A DNA stretch of 58,302 nucleotides, the filler included, from Blastocystis sp. subtype 4 (taxonomy: Eukaryota): NCBI RefSeq assembly GCF_000743755.1. It is 2 parts of 2 records of this genome, joined end to end, with 100 filler letters (N's around TTAATTAATTAA, not from the genome) between each part and the next. Parts side by side here need not be neighbours in the genome. Positions count along the whole stretch, not along the records: positions 1 to 29,175 come from NW_014569420.1; 1 more part is not named here. One strand, given 5' to 3'. The translations under genes were made by a program, and so were the position numbers. This document shows positions 11,381 to 23,402 of the stretch, in pieces. Within the stretch, counting starts at the first letter, position 1. Each line of letters begins with the position of its first letter. The notes below the pieces were generated by a model. The model made no database searches. It was not told the origin of the DNA and worked only from the letters and a program-made list of their open reading frames with translations.

Positions 11381-14313
11381 ATGATGAGAATACTCCCGAA
11401 TTGTCTTCTTTTCAGGGTTTAAATGTAAATGTACTAATAACGGGAGGTTTATGAGAAGCAGAATCAATCATCAAGCCGTTCGGCTGTTTCTGGACAGCAG
11501 AACAATAGAACGATTTCTAGTGAAAGTGGTAATCGTCCTCAGGCCCAGGTACATTTTTAGGAAGTGGATGAACTGTGTAGGACTCCGATATGATGTCAAA
11601 TCTTCCCTTTTCAAACCAGCAGAACTCTGTAACACCAGTTTCTAACTATTCTTCATACTTAAGCATTCCAAATTCAAATCAAACAAGAGTCTATGTTCTT
11701 TTTCATTATGGTAATTACGATGTAGATTCCTACATTTAGTAATACGATTCAACAGGGAAATTCCCCGATTCCTTTCTTTTATGGTCAGACTCCGAGTCAG
11801 ATCAGTGTAAGTGTGCCTACAGGTCACCAGTATATGGCTCTTCCTGCTCCTCAAGTTTCGACGACAGGTCAGCAGATGCCTATGACCGATGTCGATGGAA
11901 GCGGGAACCTCCGACCACATGATGATCATGGACTGTCAATCGGCCAAATCGAGATGATGGAAGAAGGAGTTATCAGTATGGGTGATGGGGTTCCAGGTCG
12001 CTCGGAAGGAACTATGATGGTAAGTCTTCCAGCAGAACATTCAGAAGCGTCTGGACAACAATCCAGTACTTATGATTATGTGTCAGAATTACGGGGAAAT
12101 TATGTCAATGTTCAGAATGCAGTAGATGGTGTAAGAGTCAATTAGAGAGAGTAAATCTCAGATAGTCCCTTCTCTCCGTATTCGCAAGCCGAATTGTATT
12201 GAATGGAACTATCCTCTCGATGAGAAACATTCAGTGAAACTCCGATTGGCCTTACAAGAAGGACAATTGTTTTTCCATTTAGACGACATTCTATCAAATG
12301 TCTGTGGATTAGAATTACAGCATTCACGTCTTGTGGCTCTAACAAAGAGCCTTGCTTTGGTTTTGATAGTCTGTTTGTTTCATGGGTAGTGGGATGAGAA
12401 AGTAAATGTAGTTCAATATGGAGATCTGGCTTTTGAGAAAGAAGAGATCTTCGTAACATATGATGGTCTGTTGAAAATGAATTCTTCCAAACCAACTCAG
12501 GGAAGTGTATACATGGACTTGAGAGTTGAAGAATAGCGAATTCGTAAACAAATTGCAAAACCTTTCAGTGCATTCATTCAGAATGTATCACGAAATATGA
12601 CACAAGCCTTTGGTAGAGAACGATTATTACTTCAATCAGTGAAAGATGCTGACCTACTGACTACGAATTCCAATTTGGATAGTATTGTCAGAGTAAGAAT
12701 TGATCATTGGTTCAAATGAAGGCTTGGAAGTATTATCGAATGCTTATTGATCGACTGGAACGTATGTTTGTAAAGGAGAGAATGAATAATATCCTAATTC
12801 AATCCCAAGTTGGTGTCTTAACTACAGATCCAATACTGTATTCACAAGAGCCAGTATACTTGTCACATCAACATCAAGAAGAAGACTTAATGCAGAGTCA
12901 GCACCCTATTGAAGGAACAGAGATTATCATGCAAGGAAATGTTCCCATCTCGAAACGAGTTTGTATTGATGGATCTGGAGAGATTCCTGAACATCAAGGA
13001 ATGGTAGGTGGAATGGAAGGAGCCGAAGGGAGTCTTGTATCCAACAATCAACAAATCATTGACTCACATGAATTGGATACTTCCCTTGAACAGTCCAATG
13101 AGAATGATGTGAATGCCCATCTGGGTTTGCTTCTTTCAGGACAGACTCCTGGTGTGATGGAATTTCCTCTTTCTAATTCAACCCAGCGATCACAGCCTAG
13201 TGACAGTAACACTCACTTTGATCCTTCCGTGTATGAATCAATGCTGAATTCTGGAAATCAAGTTTCTGAGGGATATTTGGACGATAACAATGGTATTCTA
13301 AATTCAATGACACACGAAGAAGAACATATTCACCAGACCACAGAACCTAATCCATCAGGATCTGATACTGCTCGTCTTCCTGAAGAGGGAAGTGATGATG
13401 AAGATAGCACGATTTGGGTATTCCAGAAATAGAACCAATTATTACATAGACATCCGACTTCATAAGCAATAGCCAGTCATCTGTCAAGAAAGGGAAACGT
13501 TGTCCAGTATGCTCAAATCGTTGTGGCAATTCATCGAAAGTGTGTTCTGTTTGTAAGACAGCTTTCCAGCGAATGAGTCAATCTGGTAATATGATCATGG
13601 TATAAGTGATATGAAGTGAAACGATACAAATGTTCTTATCCGAACTGCAGTATGCGATTCAAGTATGAAAGTCAGTTATTGTCGCACATTCGTTCTCATC
13701 AGAATGTGAAGGTGAGTTATTGCATTCGATCTGAAGTGTAGATATTCACGTGTAAAATATGCAAGAAGAATTATTCTACAAGCAGTGCGTTGAAATGTCA
13801 TGAGCGAATTCATAATAATGAAAAACCGTATATTTGTGATTTTCAAGGGTGTCAGAAGGCTTTTCGAACAAGTACACAACTTAAGCAACATCGATTACAG
13901 CATACTGTATTACCACGGATATGATGACACCGTAGGGAGAATTACCATTCAAATGCACATTTCCCGGATGTACAATGGCATTTCGCACAAAACGTATGCT
14001 GGAACCACATTTGCGAAGTCACACCAATACGTTTATTCTGGCTATTGGCTTCATGTCTAGAGAGAGCCCACATCGCTGTGAGGTTCCAGGATGTGGAAAG
14101 GTATTTGCTTATCGATCTGGGTTGATGGCCCACATTAAGAATGTTCATGATCAACACCATCCTTTCCGATGTCCAGAGAAGAATTGTAGGATGCAATTTG
14201 CCACGAATTCGCAACTTCAAGAACATTATGAACGGACACACAAACCGAAGTTACCTGATTCGCACACATTTGGTGAATTGGGCTACCCAAGAGATTTAGG
14301 AGTGGACTTTTGA
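11381..14313 (+). CDS. Large low-complexity protein with a C4 motif and six C-terminal C2H2 zinc fingers (probable transcription factor); start uncertain
   Basis: Exons join through ~30-nt introns. CPVC...CSVC is followed by YKCSYPNC..HIRSH, FTCKICKK..HERIH, YICDFQGC..HRLQH, FKCTFPGC..HLRSH, HRCEVPGC..HIKNVH and FRCPEKNC..HYERTH. Confidence 0.7.
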
Positions 14314-14367
14314 ATTGTTTGTTAAGTAATAATCCAACAAATAAGGTTTCTGAATTGAAAGAAAAAA

Positions 14368-14438
14368 GCGCCGAGGCGGGATTGAACCGTCGACCTCACA
14401 ATCTGCAATCGTATGCTCTACCACTGAGCTATCGGCGC
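14368..14438 (-). tRNA. tRNA-Cys(GCA)
   Basis: GCGCCGATAGCTCAGTGGTAGAGCATACGATTGCAGATTGTGAGGTCGACGGTTCAATCCCGCCTCGGCGC folds as a cloverleaf with anticodon GCA, U discriminator and a following T6 Pol III terminator. Confidence 0.93.
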
Positions 14439-14536
14439 ATCTAAAGGGAACCCTATTCATTTCTATAAAAAAGGATAAAGTGGGATCACCAATATTCGAT
14501 ACTCAGAATAAACGTATCCGAGTATTTGTAAACGCT

Positions 14537-15907
14537 ATGCTGAAGTTCTTCAAACGTACAAGGAACTTCTTCACGACCTTGTTTCTTAATATCCTCGTTT
14601 GGTTCATGACTCATATCTGGACTTCACGCACATTCGTTTCGATTACAAGCATGATTTCGAAGTATTCACCGATGACCAAGGTAAATGTGGAAGGGATTGG
14701 TGATGAAGTAGCCGTTCACAAGGTTTATGGATTGGGTGAACCGCTATATTGAGGACAATCTGATGTTTTACAATCGAGAGAGACGAACGGCTCTGGTCGT
14801 TGAGGCTGATAATGCTATTGGATATAGTCTGTGCAAAAAACTCGTGAAGAAGAACTACCATGTAATTTTGGGAGTGAAAGAAGTTGGACGTGGATTAACG
14901 TAGGATCTGAGATGGATTTTTATTGTAGGATGAAATCCAAATTAACTAAAATCCGTTCTTATGCGAGCGTTTCTATTGTAGCTATCGATATGTCCAATCC
15001 CATGAATGTACTGTATGCAGCGAAGCGAATTGTCCAGAATTATGAAAGTCTGGATGTTTTGTACTTAAACAGCAGTACGATCCGCATCGATCACATGAAC
15101 TGGGATGTTCTCAGAGAAGCCTTTTTGAAGTTCCGTTTAGCATATCTCTGTACTACAGGCCGTGTGTATGAAGATGGACCCAACTTCGTTTCTGTGGCCA
15201 GTTCCGGAAGTACCGATTTGGGATTCAGTCAGGATTTTTGCCAACAAGTGTTAAGTCCGTTCATTCTAGCAATGGAACTAAAAGGTCTGCTCAAAGAAGC
15301 TGATCTCCCTGGCCGCATAGTATGGACTGGTTCTTCGACTTGTAGCGCTGCTGGATTCAGTTTTGATGATCCCCAGCATATCCGTGATGAAGAGTCCTTC
15401 TACGCACATAAGTATTTCGTACATCTTATTCAACCTGCTCTGAATGAATATCTCTTACATACTGGTGTACAGAGCTTTGAAGGAAGTCCTGGTCTGATTA
15501 TAACAGGTACGTCGCCTCGGAATCTCCAGCGATGGACTTGGCTATTGTATCTGATTGGCTTTTTCATTCCAACAGTTCAGATCTACGCTTCAAGTGGAGC
15601 ACGAACCCTACTGCTGTTGGGAACACATCGGAATCAATACAAGTACTTAGACCCGAATCATATGTATATGATGAGAAGACGATTGTTTGGACTTCAGAGA
15701 TGTCGATATGTGAAGGACGTGGAGATTGGAGAGAGTCGCAGAGCATTAACAGTAGGTGAATGGAAGGGTCTTGATCAATAGTGGTTATATGATCTATATA
15801 AGCGACTACAGCGATATGATATTCTTACGGAGGGAGTAACCGAAGATATTAAACATTTTAGTGATATGAATACAGTGAGCCCATGCAGAAGAAGCAGTGT
15901 AGGCTAA
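14537..15907 (+). CDS. SDR-family protein, 3-keto-steroid reductase (ERG27/HSD17B7)-like, with degenerate motifs
   Basis: RTALVVEADNAIGYSLCKKL, DMSNPMNVLYAA, LDVLYLN, GRIVWTGSST..FSFDDPQH..ESFYAHKY. TGTTTGTT at 15922-15929. Confidence 0.7.
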
Positions 15908-15973
15908 CATGTACTATGAACTGTTTGTTGGAGAATCCAACATGGATTGAAGTCAGATGCATGTTCGAGAAGC

Positions 15974-18900
15974 ATGGATTTTCGATTTCTGGATTTCGTG
16001 CACACAATTGACAAACCTGGAGTGGGTCGTGACGTCTTAATTCTTCTGATAAACGACTTCATCAGATCCTGTCCAGAAAATGATAGTATTTTGTGATTCA
16101 TGTCGCTGATATTTTTAGTATCTGAAGAGCAACTTATCCAACTTCTAGGTGAGATTGGGACCATCAATGGGAATCAGACCCTCATCAATGTATGACTATT
16201 ACCCAAACATTATCTATAGTTTCTCTTTTGTTCCCATCATGTGTCTCTTCGTTCTCAGCAGTTTCCTTCTCTTGGACAAGTTTATATGCATTCATTCTTG
16301 GAGTTTATATTGACCGTAAGACTGGAATAAGTTTCTGAGTTCTAGGTTCAAGAGACGACTCTTCTTTCGCAATATGTATCTATTTGTTGTCAGTTCTCTC
16401 CAAATCTTCTTCAAGAGTTCATGAACGAAGCAAGTGAGTTGTTCATCTCCTCAGCAGCGGATTCTCCAACTCTTCCTCTCTTGAGAAATGTGTCATTCTG
16501 TTATTCTCAATGGTACGAAGAGCCGTCTAAGAAGTACATTGCTTGTAAACAGTTCTTTCTCCGTTTAAAAGATTATCCTAGTATTTGCCCACTTCAGACA
16601 CTTGTTTCCGAGATATTTGTCTTACTTGTGACAGAGGCACGCAATTCACAATCTGTGGCTGAAGTGGAGAAACTGATGCAAGGTGTATTTGATATGGGAA
16701 CAGAAGAGTCCTGTATGACGACTGCACTCATGCTGCGTTGCTTCTATGCCAACATTCCCCAATATACTTCTTTCGAATTAGCTCGAGCTTGCATTTATCG
16801 ATCATTACTCAGTGATAATCAAGGAGTACGGAAGTTTGGTGTAGCAGCTCTACGAAATGTGATTCAGAATGTACATGAGAATGAAGCCTTTCAGAATGAA
16901 TTTCATATTAATGAGGATATTTGGAATACCTTTATATCGATCTATGAGACCTTTGATGAGTTTCCTGTCCATCTGCTGAAATCGGTGTGGAGTCGAATTG
17001 AGCCACTTCAACATTATATTGCATCCCAGACAGAGTCGAAAATTCAATTCCCGCAATTAACTGAAGAATGGATGGAAATTCTCTATACACGTGGAATCAA
17101 ACACAGTAATCCTCAGGTTCGGCTCTTTGTTGTTTCCATGTTGTTAGAAGTCAGAACAAATCCGAAAACTAAGCAAATCACAATGTTTAGTTTATCACCA
17201 CAGTTCTTGGTCCAAACCCTCCTTCCAAACTTGAATGACTCAATGTTTTTCAAGGGAGATCGGTATGGAATAGGATATTTGATAACAAACTACTTTCTTC
17301 ATTATCAAGGTATTCAAACTATTGAACTCTTTTTGGCTTTGCTGTCTGTTCTGCGTGATTCGATCACGAACCCCCTTGCAATCCAGTTTATTCTGGGTTG
17401 TTTCGATGTATCTGCATTACCACGTGCTCCTCGGGATTTCCACGATTCTATCAATGCGGTGGGAACAGGAAATGAGTGTGTGACACAAGAATGTGTCCAG
17501 TTTGTGATGGAAAGTCGACGAACTCCGTTGAAGGTGACTTGTGATCAGATCGCTGGATTAATCCATTCGCTGTTGATCTGTATTACCACTAAAATCAGTC
17601 GTAAATCACTTCAACTGAAGTTAGCACGTGTTCTGCTCACCATATGTCTCAATTCAGTTGATGACTCCTCTCTCTCTGCTGTTTGTTCCATTTTCCTCGG
17701 ATTCCCGTGGAACCTCATATTAGAGAAAAGGAGTCAAATCCAGTCACTTCTGGTTACAGTTGGGATGAATGAAGACGAGTTTCCAGATGCATCCGCTTCA
17801 TTGCGAGTAACTGCTCTTGTTTTGTGTGTGGAGGAGTGTGTACATCCTACAGAGGGGAAACAGCACCTCATCCGAGTGTGTGAGTCCTTTCAGAAACAGA
17901 ATCCTACTACTGCGTATCAGCTCCTTCATGAGATTCGAGCCATTCTGCCTCTTTTTGACACAATTCCCTCTGATTTCTGTCAACATTGTATTGATGAGAC
18001 ACTTCTCCAGAAGGAAGTTCAGTCACTCTACGAGCGAGTTACATTCCATGAGGCCACAATCGAGGTATATTTCGCTTCTTCGCTCAATTTTCATTCATTC
18101 GTCAATTCGATTCGTCAGGACTTGGACTCAACTGAGTCTTCTCGTCTCCTCTTTGCTCTTCATGCATTATGTTTGGCAGATGCTTCACTGCTGCCTGAAC
18201 CTGCTCAACTCTTCCAGATCCTCCACCGACTTGCCACGATGTCAAGGGCACAACGAAGTGATGGCATGCGATGTGTTTGGTACTTGCTGGAGCGAAGAGA
18301 GAGTGAAAGTAATGATTCAACCCAACTGATCGAGATGATGGAGGCTGAGCTTATATCTGGAGAACGAGAGAACGAAAAGAGTGTATTTACTGTGTTGAGC
18401 AGACTGAAGCGAGTTGAAATGAATCCGGCTATCGATCGATTCCTCCAGACACTTCTTACCGTATACGAATCATTTAGACTTACTCCAGAAATAGTCCCAA
18501 TTTTTATGGCGGGAGTTTTGAATCCTTGCTTGTTTGGATTTCCTTCTCATATCATATTATTGAATCGGATTTGCAAAGATCTACCATCCTCATATCAGAA
18601 AGCGGCTCTTTTTTCGTCATTCTTTTGTGCCGCAATTCGGGCTGATTTTGATCTATTACCAAGATATGTTTCGATAGTGAAGTTTTTGATCACAATGAAG
18701 GAAGAGAAGGATGAACTAAGTACTGTCGATTCGACAAAGACTCATTATGCTCGAATCATAGTCCTTCAACTTTTGGAAGAAATACCCCCAGAAATTACAA
18801 TGACAGAAAAAGTCAAGAATTGTTTATCCACATTGATGTGTGATTTGTTGAAGGAAGATGAGCAATCAACCCGAAGTGGGCAGCATGTCCAAAATAGTGA

Positions 18901-20291
18901 GGAAAATGGTAATCGTTTACGCCGATGGCAAGCACTATGTGTTCTGTCAAAACATCTTCCAATATGTATGACAGAAGATCTAATTATTTTGTATGGCAAA
19001 CGATTTGGGGAGTTATGTTTGAAGGATACTCGACACTATGTAGAGTTGGTAGGTATGCTATTGAGTGAAGTGTATGATTTATGTGAGGTTTATAACTGTT
19101 AGATCTAGATCTATGTTTGATCTTGTACTGTTTCCTGTCCTCCAGAACCCTAATCAGCAGTCTCAGTGTGTTCCATCAGCTCTGCTTATTGGTTACTATG
19201 CCATCTCTCGTTTATCTGATTTGGACTCCGAACACACACTTCGTACGATTCTCAAACTGTTCATTCAAGTCACTCTCCCGTGGCTAGTAGCTCCCGAAGG
19301 AATCAATCGAACTGTAGCTCAAGTCGTTCTAGCTGATCTACTGGAGAAATATCCTGAATTCACCCAGGATGACACTATTCGGAGGGTTTTTAGGATGTTG
19401 GAAGAAAACAAGAGGATTTTGGCAATGCGGCGAAAACAGAAGATGATCCTTACTCGGATCAATCCTCATCTTGAGGCAAGTGTAATTGGTCTTCTTCACT
19501 CCAGTCAGAATAATTTGAATGATTATGTCCCTGAAATGCTGTTAGAGGAGATGCGATTGACAATGGAAGATGTGTTGTCAGAATGGTATCGTGAAGACTA
19601 CCCTAAACAATGTTCTCATGCTTCTAGCACACAATTAGAAGAACCTGAAGTAATCAGTTATGATTTCCAGAAGAAGATTCTTCCGTGGTCTGAAGTGGGA
19701 AAAGATGAAGTTGAAAAGCGAAGGAAACAGTCTGTAATTGTAGTAGCTACATATGTTGATAAATTGTATGAGATTCTGGAAGTGTTGAACATAGACCAAA
19801 TTTAGGTGGATTGGCTCGTACAAGTGAAATATTTGCCGTTGATACTTTGGTAGTCCGTTCGTTACAAGTATGTCGAGATCAAGTATTCAAATCAGTATGG
19901 GAGGTTGATAGTGATAATGGGTAGACTAGTGTGACTGCAGATGAGTGGATCAATATGAAGGAAGTTGATGAAATGCATCTTCCTGAGTATCTCCAACAGT
20001 TGAAACGTGATGGATGGTCACTAGTTGGATTGGAACAGACAATGTCATCAGTCGATCTCCGAGAAGCTGTGTTCCCAGAGAAAATGGTCTTGATTCTGGG
20101 AAATGAGAAAGAGGGAGTTCCTGCAGAGATTATTCAGGTAGGTGAAAAGGAGGGTACTCAGAGAAAGATGCTTGATCTGTGTATTGAGATTCCACAATTG
20201 GGTATTATTCGGTCGTTGAATGTACATGTAAGTGGTTCGATTCTGTTATGGGAGTATACCCGTCAGATGAATCCTTTGCAATCGTCGATTT
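15974..20291 (+). CDS. TARBP1: tRNA (guanosine-18 2'-O)-methyltransferase, Trm3/TARBP1-like (large helical N-terminus plus SpoU domain); stop codon probably completed by poly(A)
   Basis: DFQKKILPW, NLGGLARTSEIF, LVGLEQT, LILGNEKEGVP, CIEIPQLGIIRSLNVHVSGSILLWEYTRQ. Motif at 20296-20303. Confidence 0.88.
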
Positions 20292-20295
20292 CTCT

Positions 20296-20303
20296 TGTTT
20301 GTT
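20296..20303 (+). terminator. TGTTTGTT polyadenylation-positioning motif (representative copy)
   Basis: Exact copies at gene ends. Plus strand: 377, 1606, 7661, 8603, 11257, 14316, 15922, 20296, 23383, 32098, 34245, 49077. Minus strand: 1683-1690, 3504-3511, 26168-26175, 32067-32074, 36313-36320, 37848-37855. Confidence 0.9.
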
Positions 20304-20471
20304 GGAGTCCAAATCGTTTTAATTGACCGAAGAGAAATCACTGATGGATTTATAGAAATCATGAGGCTAGAAATTGATGAGATAAGCGCTTTCGTTTTGG
20401 TTGAAACTCCCTGAACGCCCTATAGCACAAACTTGTCAAAGAAAACTTCTCTCTCCTAGATACTCGTGTGC

Positions 20472-23378
20472 ATGTCAAAATTAATTCAAAGTGCATATAA
20501 CTGTATTGAATCGGGAAAGTATAAGAAGGCAATTACCATTCTCGACTCTCCTGAATTGGATCGCTTTCCTATTGCCAAAGTACATTTCTGTTTGACATAT
20601 TGTAATGATATTATAGTCGTTGAAGGGATATTGTGCTATGGTCATTGGCAATCGAGCAAAAGCTCGAGAAGCAGTGCTTGAACAAATTGTACGAGATTGG
20701 TGATACTAATGAAAGTCTAGAAGTTGAAACCAACAGATGAGCACATTCTGCATCAGATCATGGACACAATCCACTACTTGGGTGACTATAAATTGGCAGC
20801 AGATTTGTTAGAAGGAGTTCACGCAATTGATAAGAACAACATAGCAACTGCTGAAATGTTGTATTTTTCGTACTTCTGTCTTGTAATGTGAGTGAGTCGT
20901 GGATAAGAACTAGAAGGAATATGATAAGATGCGTGATCTGGCAAATGATATGTTCAAACTATATAAAGTGCGTTCATATCTTACATGGAACTGTGTTAAT
21001 GTACTTTTCAACCTAGATCCAGCAGATCCTGTCAAATATGCAAAAGTGATTCTTTTAGCCGAAATGATGATTCGAAATGTTATGAAGAATGTAGATTAAG
21101 CTGATAACGATAAACTAAAGGTGGATATAAACTCTCGACAAGGTCGTAATTACCAGTGGCTGCTAATTCAAATTTTGCTTCGTGAGAACAAATTCGAAGA
21201 AGCAGAGAAAGAGATGGAAGAGCGAATTTCGAATTATATTGTGTCGAAACGATTGCTTGATGATCGTGTTCTGCAACGTACCATTTTGAAATCACTAAAT
21301 CGAGAATCCGATATTCTGGAACTACTTGAAGCAGATTTGAAGAGTGGAGAGAAAGATGGATGGGATACTATCGAATTCTATCAGAACACCGCTTTCGAGC
21401 GTATTTCTGGAATACCAACATTATATATAGTTCTTCCTCAACACGAAGCTCTTGATCGAATTCGCAATTTTCAGGACAATTTCTGTCAATCTGCGAATAT
21501 CCGAGAAAAGTGGTTATTCATTCTGGAGGCAACGTCACATGCGGTAGAGTGTGGAGAGAAGAAGACAAAGTTGGCCCAGACGATCATCGAGTATGTGAAG
21601 TCCCTTGGTCACAAGATGTGCTGTTATTGTGATTTGGAGCGTTGGTTACCTGTTGTGAAGGACGATGAGGAGAGTGTGAAGATGATTAGCCAATTCGCAA
21701 TAACAATTTTGGATCTCACATTCTGTGTGGTGAAAGGAGGGGACCTACTCGATAATATCCAACGAAAAGTGACGGTGATCGAAATCTGTCTTGATTTGGG
21801 CATTCCAATTAATGAGACATTTTTGTGTGAACTGTATCGAATCTACACTTTGATGGTTCCTAAATATTCAGAAACGCTAAAAACCAAAGAGGTCCTGTCA
21901 TTGGATGCAATTCCATTACTGCTTGCACGCACTCTTCGTGATCATGTGACTGATGGAAACGACCTTCTGAATTTCCGATATGAGCTGGAGGCCTTAGCTC
22001 TATTGAGGGAGAACTTCAGACAACGACCGTAGTAATGAGTTCTGGATTCCATAAATAGTCACTATTATCGCAGTACGCTGGCGTTATGTCTTCAGTACTA
22101 CTTGTTCGCGATGCCTACAAAGGCAATTGACACATTTGGTACAGTTTTTGGGAATTACTGATTTCAAGAGGATTTGGGTGTTCGAGATGTTCATCTTCTC
22201 TCTCTGTCATATCCATTAGAAGCAGTAGTCGATGAATGGACTTCTCTGAAGATAGCAAATCAACATTACCGACAATTAACTCGTTTTGCAAATAATGCGT
22301 AAGAAATGGAGAATTTCCGTGATTATCATTTAGAATCAAAGAAGCTCATGAAAAGGAGTTTGATTGTATTAGAGAAAGCACGTATATGAATATGTTTACG
22401 ATGGAGAAGTTGGCGTCAAGAATTCGAAATTCCCGTGAAATTCCGGCTTTCCTAATTCATTACTTTTTAGCGGCTCTTCCCGTTTCATTGAAGGATCCTG
22501 AAGTATTAAATCAACCTTGTTTTGAAGATTTGTTGTTACCTTTGCCTGTGTGACAATTGACTGAGCATCATGTGTAGAAAGATATGATTGATAATGCTGA
22601 CTTCAAATTTGCACGTTTCTGGCCTATTTCCGGAACACAAATGGGTAAGATTGGTCATTCGGAGAGTCTTCTACAGTATCAACATGCAATCTGTGGCTAC
22701 CTGATGGAAGCGCGTCAAATGGCATGGAATGCAGAGAAGATATCGCAGGAGCGTGTAAACTCAGTGTTGAATGCATATGCGGATCTCCGTCAGAATGAGA
22801 CAATTCCCGTAATTCTTCAAGCAAGCTATGGAGTGATGGATGTGTGTATTCGAGTCCTTGGAGAGAAGGGTGAAATTCCCACGGGATTGCGAGATGAAGC
22901 GAATGAGTATGTGAACAAGATTGAGCAGCAGTTGGGAGTGAGTCAAATGAATGTGATGTTGCCCCAAATCAATCAGCTGGTGAAGCAGACATTGGTGTGG
23001 TTAGTATTACTGTTGAATAAGAACAAGAAGTGTTCAAAGCCCACAGTAGCAAAAGAACCAGTATGTGAATGAATGAGACATAAATGTTAGAGAATGAGTG
23101 TGGTGTGTGATGTGATGACAAGTCTGTTACGAGTGTGTTTGGGACACTTGATTATTCCTGAGAAGGATGCATATTGGTTAGAGTTGAAACAAGCCCAATT
23201 GATTCAAGGAGTAGGTATATGAGGAAGAAATGAGGTTATTAGGTTATTGTGAAGGATCTAAAACCAACAGCAGAAATGGTTTGTATGGCACATAGTGAGT
23301 TGATTCAATCATTACGTGGGTTCTGTAATGAGATCATTCAATGTATGAAACAGAAGTGCTACAAAGTGGTTCTGAATT
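20472..23378 (+). CDS. NAA25: NatB N-acetyltransferase auxiliary subunit (NAA25/MDM20)-like; stop codon probably completed by poly(A)
   Basis: N-terminal TPR-like segment (AYNCIESGKYKKAI), IIEYVKSLGHKMCCYCDLERWL, ALALLRENFRQRP. Many short introns. Motif at 23383-23390. Confidence 0.7.
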
Positions 23379-23402
23379 CATTTGTTTGTTAACAAAGCTT
23401 CA

